A stretch of 64,000 bases of DNA from Antedon mediterranea (Eukaryota > Animalia > Echinodermata): assembly GCF_964355755.1 (NCBI RefSeq), contig NC_092672.1, positions 20,597,237-20,661,236 on the forward strand, in the 5' to 3' direction. The notes under the pieces were generated by a model. It searched no databases. It was not told the origin of the DNA and worked only from the letters and a program-made list of their open reading frames with translations. Shown here piece after piece: positions 51,670 through 64,000 of the stretch. The position numbers and the translations under genes were made by a program. How positions within the stretch are numbered: position 1 is the first letter of the stretch; every line of letters starts with the position of its first letter.

Positions 51670-52217
51670 AATGTGATTGTGGCCTACACTATGCTGTCAT
51701 TCACAGTAAGCATTAACCTCAACAACAGTCACTGATCGTTTTATACATATATAGATATAGATATCACATACCAGTTCATAAATCAAATTTAGTCCAAAAA
51801 TATCATAACCAGCAACTACAATTGAAAAACATTCATGTCAACAAGAAAAGCAACTTACAAATATATTAATAAACAACTTCATTTAACAGGCCTCATTATT
51901 TAAGCCCTTAATTTCAGAACTGAACTTGTCATGTCACACAACAAAGCGGCAAGTACGCCACCAATATTTTGGAACGTAAGTGATAACAGTTATCAGACAT
52001 TCAAGCACTCTCAGTTTATTTAAGTGTTGATATACTACTTGTTAGCAAAGTGTATTTAGTGATAGTGAGTTGAAAATTACAGTAGGCATGTAAAGATGTC
52101 CTATGATTGTGTAATTGCTATTTTAGGAAACAAATGCAATCTTTACGTCTGTTCTGTTATACTAGTAGGCCTACTTTAACTAAAATCATTGGTAATGTTT
52201 GTCTTGCTAATACTTAA

Positions 52218-52483
52218 AGATGTATTGTCCCACAAAAACATGAAAAATAAAGATTAATTAAATCAGACTTTGAATAGGTTACTTTGTAGTTTTAATAAAG
52301 TTAATCGCTTGAAAAAAAAAAATATTTTCACTTAAAAAATAACATAGTAAATGGTTAAATTCAACCAAAAATCCATTGGCTGGCAGTCAATTTGACAATT
52401 TTTGCTTAAATACTTTTTTTAGATCAAATTTATCATTAAATGGCATATTCAACAACAAAAAAGTTAAAAATTCAGGGGGACAA
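52218..52483. mobile_element. TTAA-targeting MITE, paralog of 22349-22683, right end damaged
   Basis: TTAA|agatgtattgtccc...aagattaattaaatcagacttt...ggggaca. Confidence 0.65.
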
Positions 52484-53081
52484 CGACTGAAATGTGCTCA
52501 CCCCCACAATTAAATAACGTGTACTATTTTCTATAAATCGATTACAATATCAGAAGTAAAATAGGCATACAATATTTTTCCAAACATGCAATTTCGGTAA
52601 AAATACACACAATACATTTTTCAATAAAAATAGGTAGTCTGTGTAAAAAATAATAATAAAAATATATTAGTTGTTAAGGTTTTTGTTTTTTAATTGTTGA
52701 TTTTTATGTTTGTCTATTGTTTAGACAAAACGACAACAAAACATAAAAAATGAATAACTTCTTATAGCATGGAGGTATTTATTTTATACCTTCATGTTTA
52801 TAGTTCAGTTAAAACTTAAGAAAGCGATAAAATGGCAAGAGGCAATAATAAAAAGATTAAAATGTAGGCCTACAATAAAAATGCAAACATTTTTTTAAAT
52901 TTGGAATAATTAATATAACTTTATAAGTCATTGCAGTCATTTCCCAGGTACGTACTTCTCAAGATCCAGGTCATAGAATGTAGAGTAACTCTTCTTCAAC
53001 AACAGCAGCACACGTGTGGCATGATGGCTCATCAAAAAAAGTTCTCACAATGAAACATGTATTTATGTGGTGAACAAGTTG

Positions 53082-56000
53082 GCTTGTGTCAAGCTAGCCA
53101 ACAATAAGCCAGCCAACAATAAGCCAGCCCACTTTTATTTTTTCCAGCCAACAATAACTATGAAACGCGGTTTGTGCATTCTTTACATTTTCATTGTTAC
53201 TTATGGCTTTTATGGTATTAGGAATTAAATATTTGTGAGAAAAACGGCGGATTGTTCCTGGGATTCACTTGGTGGGATTATACTAGGGTACCTCGTTAGT
53301 CGTCCAGTATAGGTTAGAGTTGGACCACTGGTCCCGTTTACTCAGCCCTCATCTTTTAAATTTCAGTATAACTCAATTACGATTGTTAATATATAGTGAA
53401 ATTTGATATTGTAATTGTGAGAAAACGGCGGATTGTTCCTGGAAGTCACTTGGTGGGATTATACTAGGGTACCTCCTTAGTCGCCCAGTATAAGTTAGAG
53501 TAGGACCACTGGTCCCGTTTACTCAGCCCTCATCTTTTAAATTTGAATGTAACCCAATTACGATTTTAAAAATATAGTTAAATTTGAAATTCTATCTGTG
53601 CGAAAACGGCGGATTGTTCCTGGGTATCACTTAGCGGGATTATACTAGGGTACCTCCTTAGTCGTCCAGTATAAGTTAGAGTGGGACCACTGGTCCCGTT
53701 TACTCAGCCCTCATCTTTTAAATCTGAGTGTAACTCAATTACGATTTTTAAAATATAGTTAAATTTGAACTTGTATTTGTAAGAAAATGGCGGATTGTTC
53801 CTGGGAGTCACTTGGTGGGATTATACTAGGGTACCTCCTTAGTCACCCAGTATAAGTTAGAGTAGGACCACTGGTCCCGTTTACTCAGCCCTCATTTTTA
53901 AAATTTTGAGTGTAACTCATTTACGATTTTTAAAATATAGTGAAATTTGATACTGTATTTGTGAGAAAACGGCGGATTGTTCATGAGAGTCACTTGGTGG
54001 GATTATACTAGGGTACCTCCTTAGTCGTCCAGTATAAGTTAGAGTGCGACAACTGGTCCCGTTTACTCAGCCCTCATCTTTTAAATTTTAGTGTAACTAG
54101 CTAAATTACGATAACATTTTTAAAATATAGTGAAAATTGATACTGTATTTGTGAGAAAATGGCGCATTGTTCCTGGGAGTCACTTGGTGGGATTATACTA
54201 GGGTACCTCTTTAGTTGTAGAGTATAAGTTAGAGTGGGACCACTGGTCCCGTTTACTCAACCCTCATCTTTAAAGTTTGAGTGTAACTCATTTACGATTT
54301 TTAAAATATAGTGAAATTTGATACTGTATTTGTGAGAAAACGGCGGATTGTTCCTGAGAGTCACTTGGTTGGGGATTATACTAGGGTACCCCCTTAGTCG
54401 TCCAGTATAAGTTAGAGTGGGACCATTGGTCCCGTTTACTCAGCCCTCATCTTTTAAATTTGAGTGTAACTCATTTACGATTTGAAAAATATAGTGAAAG
54501 TTGATACTGTATTAGTGAGAAAATGGCGGATTGTTCCTGGGAGTCACTTGGTGGGATTATACTAGGGTACCTCCTTAGTTGTCCAGTTTAAGTTAGAGTG
54601 GGACCACTGGTCCCGTTTACTCGGCCCTTATCTTTTAAATTTGAGTGTAACTCAATTACGATAAAATTTTTAAAATATAGTGAAAATTGATACTGTATTT
54701 GTGAGAAAATGGCGGATTGTTCCTGGGAGTCACTTGGTGGTATTATACTAGGGTAGCCCCTTAGTCGTCCAGTATAAGTTAGAGTGGGACCACTGGTTCC
54801 GTTTACTCAGCCCTCATCTTTAAAATTTGAGTGTAACTCATTTACGATTTTTAAAATATACTGAAATTTGAAACTGTATTTGTGAGAAAACGGCGGATTG
54901 TTCCTGAGAGTCACTTGGTGGGATTATACTAGGGTACACCCTAAGTCGTCCAGTATAAGTTAGAGTGGGACCACTGGTCCCGTTTACTCAGCCCTCATCT
55001 TTAAAATTTGAGTGTAACTCATTTACGATTTTTAAAATATAGTGAAATTTGATACTGTATTTGTGAGCAAACGGCGGATTGTTTCTGAGAGTCACTTGTT
55101 GGGATTATACTAGGGAACCTTTTTATTCATCCAGTATAAGATAGAGTCGGACCACTGGTCCCGTTTACTCAGCCCTCATCTTTAAAATTTGAGTGCAACT
55201 CAATTACAATTTTTAAAATATAGTTAAATTTGAAACTATATTTGTGTGAAAATGGCGGATTGTTCCTGGGAGTAACATGGTGGGATTATACTAGGGTACG
55301 TCCTTAGTCGTCCAGTATAAGTTAGAGTGCGACCACTGGTCTCGTTTACTCAGCCCTCATCTTTTAAATTTGAGTGTAACTCAATTACGATAAAATTTTT
55401 AAAATATAGTGAAAATTGATACTGTATTTGTGAGAAACTGGCGGATTGTTCCTGGGAGTTACTTGGTGGGATTACACTAGGGTACCTCCTTAGTTGTCCA
55501 GTATTAGTTAGAGTGGGACCACTGGTCCCGTTTACTCAGCCCTCATCTTTAACGTTTGAGTGTAACTCAATTACGATTAATATTTTAAAATATATTGAAA
55601 TTTGATACTGTATTAGAGAGAAAATGGCGGATTGTTCCTCAGAGTCACTTGGTTGGATTATACTAGGGTACCTCCTTAGTTGTCCAGTTTAAGTTAGAGT
55701 GGGACCACTGGTTCCGTTTACTCAGCCCTCATCTTTTTAATTTGAGTGCAACTCAATTACAATTTTTAAAATATAGTTAAATTTGAAACTGTATTTGTGA
55801 AAAAACGGCGGATTGTTCCTGGGAGTCACATGGTGGGATTATACTAGAGTACGTCCTTAGTCGTCCAGTATAAGTTAAAGTGCGACCACTGGTCCCGTTT
55901 ACTCAGCCCTCATCTTTTAAATTTGAGTGTAACTCAATTACGATAAAATTTTTAAAATATAGTGAAAATTGATACTGTATTTGTGAGAAAATGGCGGATT

Positions 56001-59000
56001 GTTCCTGGGAGTCACTTGGTGGGATTATACTAGGGTACCTCATTAGTTGTCCAGTATAAGTTAGAGTGGGACCACTGGTCCCGTTTACTCAGCCCTCATC
56101 TTTAACGTTTGAGTGTAACTCAATTACGATTAATATTTTAAAATATAGTGAAATTTAATACTGTATTAGAGAGAAAATGGCGGATTGTTCCTGAGAGTCA
56201 CTTGGTGGGATTATACTAGGGTGCACCCTAAGTCGTCCAGTATAAGTTAGAGTGGGACCACTTGTCCCGTTTACTCAGCCCTAATCTTTAAAATTTGAGT
56301 GCAACTCAATTACAATTTTTAAAATATAGTTAAATTTGAAACTGTATTTGTGAAAAAACGGCGGATTGTTCCTGGGAGTCACATGGTGGGATTATACTAG
56401 AGTACGTCCTTAGTCGTCCAGTATAAGTTAAAGTGCGACCACTGGTCCCGTTTACTCAGCCCTCATCTTTTAAATTTGAGTGTAACTCAATTACGATAAA
56501 ATTTTTAAAATATAGTGAAAATTGATACTGTATTTGTGAGAAAATGGCGGATTGTTCCTGGGAGTCACTTGGTGGGATTATACTAGGGTACCTCATTAGT
56601 TGTCCAGTATAAGTTAGAGTGGGACCACTTGTCCCGTTTACTCAGCCCTCATCTTTAAAATTTGAGTGCAACTCATTTACGATTTTTAAATTATAGTGAA
56701 ACTTGAAACTGTATTTGTGAGAAAACGGCGGATTGTTCCTGAGAGTCACTTGGTGGGATTATACTAGGGTACACCTTAAGTCGTCCAGTATAAGTTAGAG
56801 TGGACCACTGGTCCCGTTTACTCAGCCCTAATCTTTAAAATTTGAGTGTAACTCATTTACGATTTTTAAAATATAGTGAAATTTGATACTGTATTTGTGA
56901 GAAAACGGCGGATTGTTCCTGAGAGTCACTTGGTTGGATTATACTAGGGAACCTCTTTAATCATCCAGTATAAGTTAGAGTGGGACCACTGGTCCCGTTT
57001 ACTCAGCCCTCATCTTTAAAATGTGAGTGCAACTCAATTACAATTTTTAAAATATAGTTAAATTTGAAACTGTATTTGTGTGAAAACGGCGGATTGTTCC
57101 TGGGAGTCACATGGTGGGATTATACTAGGGTACGTCCTTAGTCGTCCAGTATAAGTTAGAGTGCAACCACTGGTCCCGTTTACTCAGCCCTCATCTTTTA
57201 AATTTGAGTGTAACTCAATTACGATAAAATTTTTAAAATATAGTGAAAATTGATACTGTATTTGTGAGAAACTGACGGATTGTTCCTGGGAGTTACTTGG
57301 TGGGATTACACTAGGGTACCTCCTTAGTTGTCCAGTATTAGTTAGAGTGGGACCACTGGTCCCGTTTACTCAGCCCTCATCTTTAACGTTTGAGTGTAAC
57401 TCAATTACGATTAATATTTTAAAATATATTGAAATTTGATACTGTATTAGTGAGAAAATGGCGGATTGTTCCTCGGAGTTACTTGGTGGGATTATACTAG
57501 GGTACCTCCTTAGTTGTCCAGTTTAAGTTAGAGTTGGACCACTGGTCCCGTTTACTCAGCCCTCATCTTTTAAATTTGAGTGCAACTCAATTACAATTTT
57601 TAAAATATAGTTAAATTTGAAACTGTATTTGTGAAAAAACGGCGGATTGTTCCTGGGAGTCACATGGAGGGATTATACTAGAGTACGTCCTTAGTCGTCC
57701 AGTATAAGTTAAAGTGCGACCACTGGTCCCGTTTACTCAGCCCTCATCTTTTAAATTTGAGTGTAACTCAATAACGATAAAATTTTTAAAATATAGTGAA
57801 AATTGATACTGTATTGGTGAGAAAATGGCGGATTGTTCCTGGGAGTCACTTGGTGGGATTATACTAGGGTACCTCCTTAGTTGTCCAGTATAAGTTAGAG
57901 TGGGACCACTGGTCCCGTTTACTCAGCCCTCATCTTTAAAATTTGAGTGTAACTCAATTACGATTAATATTTTAAAATATAGTGAAATTTGAAACTGTAT
58001 TTGTGAGAAAATGGCGGATTGTTCCTGGGAATCACTTGGGGGGATTATACTAGGGTACCTCCTTAGTCGTCCAGTATAAGTTAGAGTGCGACCACTGGTC
58101 CCGTTTACTCAGCCCTCATCTTTTAAATTTGAGTGTAACTCATTTACGATTTTTAAAATATAGTGAAATTTGATACTGTATTTGTGAGAAAACGGCGGAT
58201 TGTTCCTGAGAGTCACTTGGTGGGATTATACTAGGGTACACCCTAAGTCGTCCAGTATAAGTTAGAGTGGGACCACTTGTCCCGTTTACTCAGCCCTCAT
58301 CTTTAAAATTTGAGTGCAAATCAATTACAATTTTTAAAATATAGTTAAATTTGAAACTGTATTTGTGAGGAAATGGCGGATTGTTCCTGGGAGTCACTTG
58401 GTGGAATTATACTAGGGTACTTCCTTAGTTGTCCAGTATAAGTGAGAGTGGGACCACTGGTCCCGTTTACTCAGCCCTTATCTTTAAAATTTGAGTGTAA
58501 CTCATTTACGATTTTAAAAATTTAGTGAAATTTGAAACTGTATTTGTGAGAAAACGGCGGATTGTTCCTGAGAGTCACTTGGTGGGATTATACTAGGGTA
58601 CACCCTAAGTCGTCCAGTATAAATTTCACTATATTTAAAAAATCGTAAATGAGTTACACTCAAATTTTAAAGATGAGGGCTAAGTAAACGGGACCAGTGG
58701 TCCCACTCTACCTTATACTGAACGACTAACGGTGTACCCTAGTATAATCCCACCAAGTGAATCTCAGGAACAATCCGCCGTTTTTTCACAAATACAGTTT
58801 CAAATTTCACTATATTTTAAAAATAGTAAATGAGTTACACTCAAATTTTAAAGATGAGGGCTGAGTAAACGGGACCATTGGTCCCACTCTAACTTATACT
58901 GGACGACTAAGGGGGTACCCTAGTATATTCCCACCAAGTGACTCCCAGGAACAATCCGCCATTTTATCACAAATACAGTATCAAATTTCACTATATTTTA

Positions 59001-60581
59001 AAATATTATTCGTAATTGAGTTACACTCAAATTTTAAAGATAAGGGCTGAGTAAACGGGACCAGTGGTCCCACTCTAACTTAAACTGGACAACTAAAGAG
59101 GTACCCTAGTATAATCCCACCAAGTGAATCCCAGGAACAATCCGCCATTTTCTCACAAATACAGTATCAAATTTCACTATATTTTAAAAATCGTAAATGA
59201 GTTACACTCAAATTTAAAAGATGAGGGCTGAGTAAACGGGACCAGTGGTCCCACTCTAACTTATACTGGACGACTAAGGGGGTACCCTAGTATAATCCCA
59301 CCAAGTGACTCTCAGGAACAATCCGCCGTTTTCTCACAAATACAGTACAGTATCAAATTTCACTATATTTTAAAAATCGTAAATGAGTTACACTCAAATT
59401 TTAAAGATGAGAGCTGAGTAAACGGGACCAGTGGTCCCACTCTAACTTATACTGGACAACTAAGGAGGTACCCTAGTATAATCCCACCAAGTGACTCCCG
59501 GGAACAATCCGCCATTTTCTCACAAATACAGTATCAAATTTCACTATATTTTTTAAATCGTAAATGAGTTACACTCAAATTTTAAAGATGAGGGCTGAGT
59601 AAACGGTACCAGTGGTCCCACTCTAATTTATTCTGGACGACTAAGATGTACCTTAGTATAATCCCACCAAGTGACTCCCAGGAACAATCCGCCATTTTCT
59701 CACAAATACAGTTTCAAATTTAACTATATTTTAAAAATTGTAATTGAGTTACACTCAAATTTTAAAGATGAGGGTTGAGTAAACGGGACCAGTGGTCCCA
59801 CTCTAACTTATACAGGATGACTAAAGAGGTACCCTAGTATAATCCCACCAAGTGACTCTCAGGAACAATCCGCCGTTTTCTCACAAATACAGTATCAAAT
59901 TTCACTATATTTTAAAAATCGTAAATGAGTTACACTCAAATTTAAAAGATGAGGGCTGAGTAAACGGGACCAGTGGTCGCACTCTAACTTATACTGGACG
60001 ACTAAGGAGGTACCCTAGTATAATCCCCCCAAGTGATTCCCAGGAACAATCCGCCATTTTCTCACAAATACAGTTTCAAATTTAACTATATTTTAAAAAT
60101 TGTAATTGAGTTACACTCAAATTTAAAAGATGAGGGCTGAGTAAACCGGACCAGTGGTCCCACTCTTACTTATACTGGACGACTAAGGGGGTACCCTAGT
60201 ATAATCCCACCAAGTGACTCCCAGGAACAATCCGCCATTTTCTCACAAATACAGTTTCAAATTGAACTATATTTTAAAAATCGTAATTGAGTTACACTCA
60301 CATTTTAAAGATGAGTGCTGAGTAAACGTGACCAGTGGTCCCACTCTAACTTATACTGGACGACTAAGGAGGCACCCTAGTATAATCCCACCAAGTGAAT
60401 CCCAGGAACAATCCGCCGTTTTTCTCACAAATATTTAATTCCTAATACCATAAAAGCCATAAGTAACAATGAAAATGTAAAGAATGCACAAACGGCGTTT
60501 CATAGTTATTGTTGGCTGGAAAAAATAAAAGTGGGCTGGCTTATTGTTGGCTGGCTTATTGTTGGCTAGCTTGACACAAGC
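53082..60581. mobile_element. 7.5-kb foldback (FB/MULE-type) element with modular TIRs made of ~185-bp tandem repeats
   Basis: Exact 9-bp TSD aacaagttg (53073-81, 60582-90). ~150-bp unique outer TIR (gcttgtgtcaagctagccaacaataagcc...). About 29 units run forward to 58620 and about 10 units are inverted from 58621, with no spacer. Confidence 0.92.
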
Positions 60582-61800
60582 AACAAGTTGTTACGTTTGT
60601 TACTGGTAATATTTTGTGGTAATAATGTATAGTTTAGTGAATGTTGATAGACAAAAATGGCGAAATAAATGTAAAGGTACACTCTACTCTACTACACTAC
60701 TAGGGCCGGCTAGGCTAGCCTAGCCTAGCTAGGCCTAAATACTACTCTACTAGTAGGCCTAGGCCCTAGCTAAGCCCTAGGCTAAGTGTCTGTAGGCGTA
60801 CTTATGTAGGGTGATGTAGGCCTATGGCTATACTAGACAAAAAGGGTGCTGGAGTAATAGTATCGTAGAAGGAACAGGTAGGCTGGCCCAGGTCTAGTAA
60901 AAGTTAGGCCTATAGCTAGCTAGGCCTAGGTACTGTTTAGGCATAGCCTACTACGTACTAGGTAGGCCTGTCTTGCTTACTAGGCATATTATTAGGCCTA
61001 TAGGATAGATAATCATAGCACTTTTCCTACTGGAATTACGGAAAGACTTGATGATTTTAGGGGCCAAACCATATCATATAATATAATTATAAATAAAGGA
61101 AGTAAATTTGTTAAACATCTTTGTATCAAAATTGATTAAATTCACATCTTTAATGAATGGTGGCACAGAATAGTTGTAGCTCTGTTGTTAAGAAAGCTAA
61201 TTGTAATACTGTACTCCCTGCCCAGCTTGGTGGGCTGCCTTTTGATGGCTTACTTCCTGGCCTAGCCTTTGACGATAAGATGGAAGCAATGGATTAACTG
61301 AATAAAGTTTACTTAGAACAGTAGGTGTGTGTTTATAACAAAGAAAGATGAATGTTTTCATTTTTTAGTGAATTACTGATTCTATTTAACTCAGCTCTGC
61401 CTTGAAAATTTCTCCCCATTACATTCAACTCACAAACATTCAAATATTTGTATACTAATGCCAAGGCATGATAACATGCTGCCACAGCTGCCAGCTATAC
61501 TACAGTATCACCTAGTTTATTTAGCAGGGTTCTGGAATATCAGCAGAAGTTGTAGCAAAGCATCTTGTATCTTATGGATGTTACCTTCTGTAGCTATTAA
61601 ATCAAATCAAAATCACAGGAAGAATGGCAACATTTTATTTTAACATATTTAAAAACACTATATTTAAACTGTACCTTAGTATATGAACATAATAAAAACT
61701 GTAAATCCAGAAGAACAACATAAAAAAGGTAAGTCACAATGTGTAAATCATTCAAAAGTCTGATGGAATATGAATTGATGATACAAAATGAATTTAAATA

Positions 61801-62124
61801 TCTTGTCACCTGACCATTGCACAATCTTAGTGAATTCAGTCTTTTATCTCATTTTTATTTACCAAATAAAGAGTGATTTAAATCCTCACATATTTTCATA
61901 GCCTTTGTCAGCTTATTGGGGTTTGATCATGTCATCTGGACTGATTTCAATAATATTTGTTCTTCTTGTCACCTGACCATTGCACAATCTTAGTGAATTC
62001 AGTCTTTTATCTCATTTTTATTTACCAAATAAAGAGTGATTTAAATCCTCACATATTTTCATAGCCTTTGTCAGCTTATTGGGGTTTGATCATGTCATCT
62101 GGACTGATTTCAATAATATTTGTT
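61801..62124. repeat. Tandem duplication of ~163 bp
   Basis: tcttgtcacctgaccattgcac...caataatatttgtt occurs twice, essentially identical. Confidence 0.9.
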
Positions 62125-62492
62125 TTTCTCTTTTATTCTCTATCTAGAAAATCATGGCACTTTCAACTTTTAAATCCCAAAAAATAAAAAAATTATTATA
62201 AACACTCATGTATAGAATTTGTCAAATTTTATATAAATATTTATTAACATAGTAAATAAGTCAATACAGTAATTGTGTCATATTTGTTGTGATTGTTTGT
62301 TATCCAAACATGATAAATATTTGTATACATTACCTTTTTTTTATTCATCATTAATGATCATAACAGTTTAAATTTGTAACTTATCATCTAGATTTTTCCT
62401 CCTTCACTGTAAATGAAATGATAAAATGCACTTTGTGAAGTGAAACAAATTAATGTAATAAAATTAACTTAATGAAATAAATTAAATCAATA

Positions 62493-63583
62493 AACTAGAC
62501 ATGGAACTCGTCACTTGACGACGAGTTTGGTTATCCGCCCGCAACAAAACGTATCTTGCGCATTCAATTACTTTTCAGTTATGACTTTTCCAAAAAGTAT
62601 CCTATTCAAAATTAAAACTGCCTTTTCGGTGTAATAACCAAATAAATCTTTTTATTTAATTGTTTTCGCCTGATGAGATTCGAACCCGGTACCTCTGATA
62701 TTAAAGGCGGTTGCACTACACATCGAGCCATATGAGCACCTGCTGAAGAAAATCCGAAGAAAGATTACTCGTTCACTCGTGAACCCCTCGATGCAAGTTG
62801 ATTATTACATACCGAACTAATCATAATTTTTACTATTATAAAATCTTCACAAATTTTAAACAGTGACATATTATGAAAGTTTATGAAGTTTCATATATTA
62901 CAATATGAAGAAAAAAGATAAACGTTATGTTTATTGTTTTGTTTTTTGAAAATGTTATTGTTGGTTTGATTGTAAAAATTTCAAAAATTATATTTAATAT
63001 GCAAATAATGTAGCCATCAAACACGTTTTAACATTCAACAATATAATAAATCACATCTATGATTCATACACTGCAACAAAATAAAATAAAAAATAGGGGT
63101 AACCTTGCATTCTGATGAACTGTATCGTTTTTAAAAGTAGACATATTTTGCAACATTTTCACAATTTTTTAACGTTTAACGTGCGCAACCAGTCATGTTT
63201 AAAGTACTCGTAGAACGTCATCTCGAGTTGACTAGTGAATAAAATAACATAAAATTGTTAACGGAAGTTTGAAAAACACAATTAATGTAAAAGAAATGCT
63301 CATACGCGTTCCCTGTGCCGTGCGCGCGTAAAAATGTTATGTTAAATACGCAAAATTTATAAAATCGCGCGAAAGTCACGTTGCACAGTTGCAAACGTCG
63401 TGAAAACCTTCACTGCACAACTTCATTGAATGGCGATATGTTGAGAAAATTACGAATCGTTATGTTTGCAAGTTTTAGAGATACGCGTGACACAAAAATT
63501 ACAGAAAGAAGAATAGGGGAAAAAAAAATATGATTTCGTACAATCACAAGAGGTTATCCAGCAACTTCGTTGCGGATAACCAA
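62493..63583 (-). mobile_element. Second Helentron-associated family element
   Basis: On the - strand: 5' ttggttatccgc-aacgaagttgct-ggataacc (subterminal repeat plus inverted copy); 3' gcggataacca, hairpin aactcgtc..gacgagtt and ctagttt; no TSD. Confidence 0.75.
62666..62733 (-). pseudogene. tRNA-like / SINE-head fragment carried inside the Helentron element
   Basis: The - strand reads tggctcgatgtg (A-box-like) ... gggttcgaatctca (B-box); the cloverleaf is degenerate. Confidence 0.5.
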
Positions 63584-64000
63584 TTTAAACTTAGATTACA
63601 AATACTGCCACCAGTGTCCCAACATTTGAGATCACTTCTTTCTTATAAATATACTGCCACCAATGTAAGCTTATTTGTTATCTTTGCTGTTCTATATTTG
63701 TAATCAATACAAAGGTTAAAGTTTAAATATTACCTTTTTATGGATTCTCTCCCTACAGTGTTGAGCCTAATCTAATACTGTTTTACTTAAATTGTACAAA
63801 GGGTTCTTAAAGCTTATCCACATGTCTAAATTAGACGGAAGTTTTTCAATTCAATTGTTATTTACAGTTTTGCTGTAAGAAATTGATAGGTTGCTAATTT
63901 AAATTGATTTAACAAAGTTACGAATGTGAATTGAGATTGTTCCAAATGGCTGGAATGACATAAAAGAGTTACAATGGACAAAAGGGATACAGAAAGTGGG

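Overview
AT-rich, intron-containing animal genomic DNA, probably a marine invertebrate (inference from gene and repeat types). No prokaryotic features were seen. Host genes: the 3' part of a + strand death-effector-domain (DED)-like gene (153-4253), and a complete 10-exon, 704-aa class I cytokine receptor on the - strand (27953-21455) that I spliced by hand (signal peptide, Ig domain, cytokine-binding module with FSDWS, one extra FN3, TM, Box1, Tyr-rich tail). The rest is mostly repeats. There is an apparently intact two-gene PHIS/Harbinger transposon with an AAT TSD (29816-34004), a 7.5-kb spacerless foldback element with a 9-bp TSD (53082-60581), non-autonomous MULE-, Academ-, Kolobok-, Helitron- and Helentron-like elements, tiny CATG...CATG inserts resembling P-element excision footprints, a hammerhead-like Penelope-type insert, LINE/SINE remnants, and several mini/satellite arrays (about 120, 34, 53, 28, 44, 26 and 185 bp units). 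All coordinates and translations were read by eye and no database search was run.
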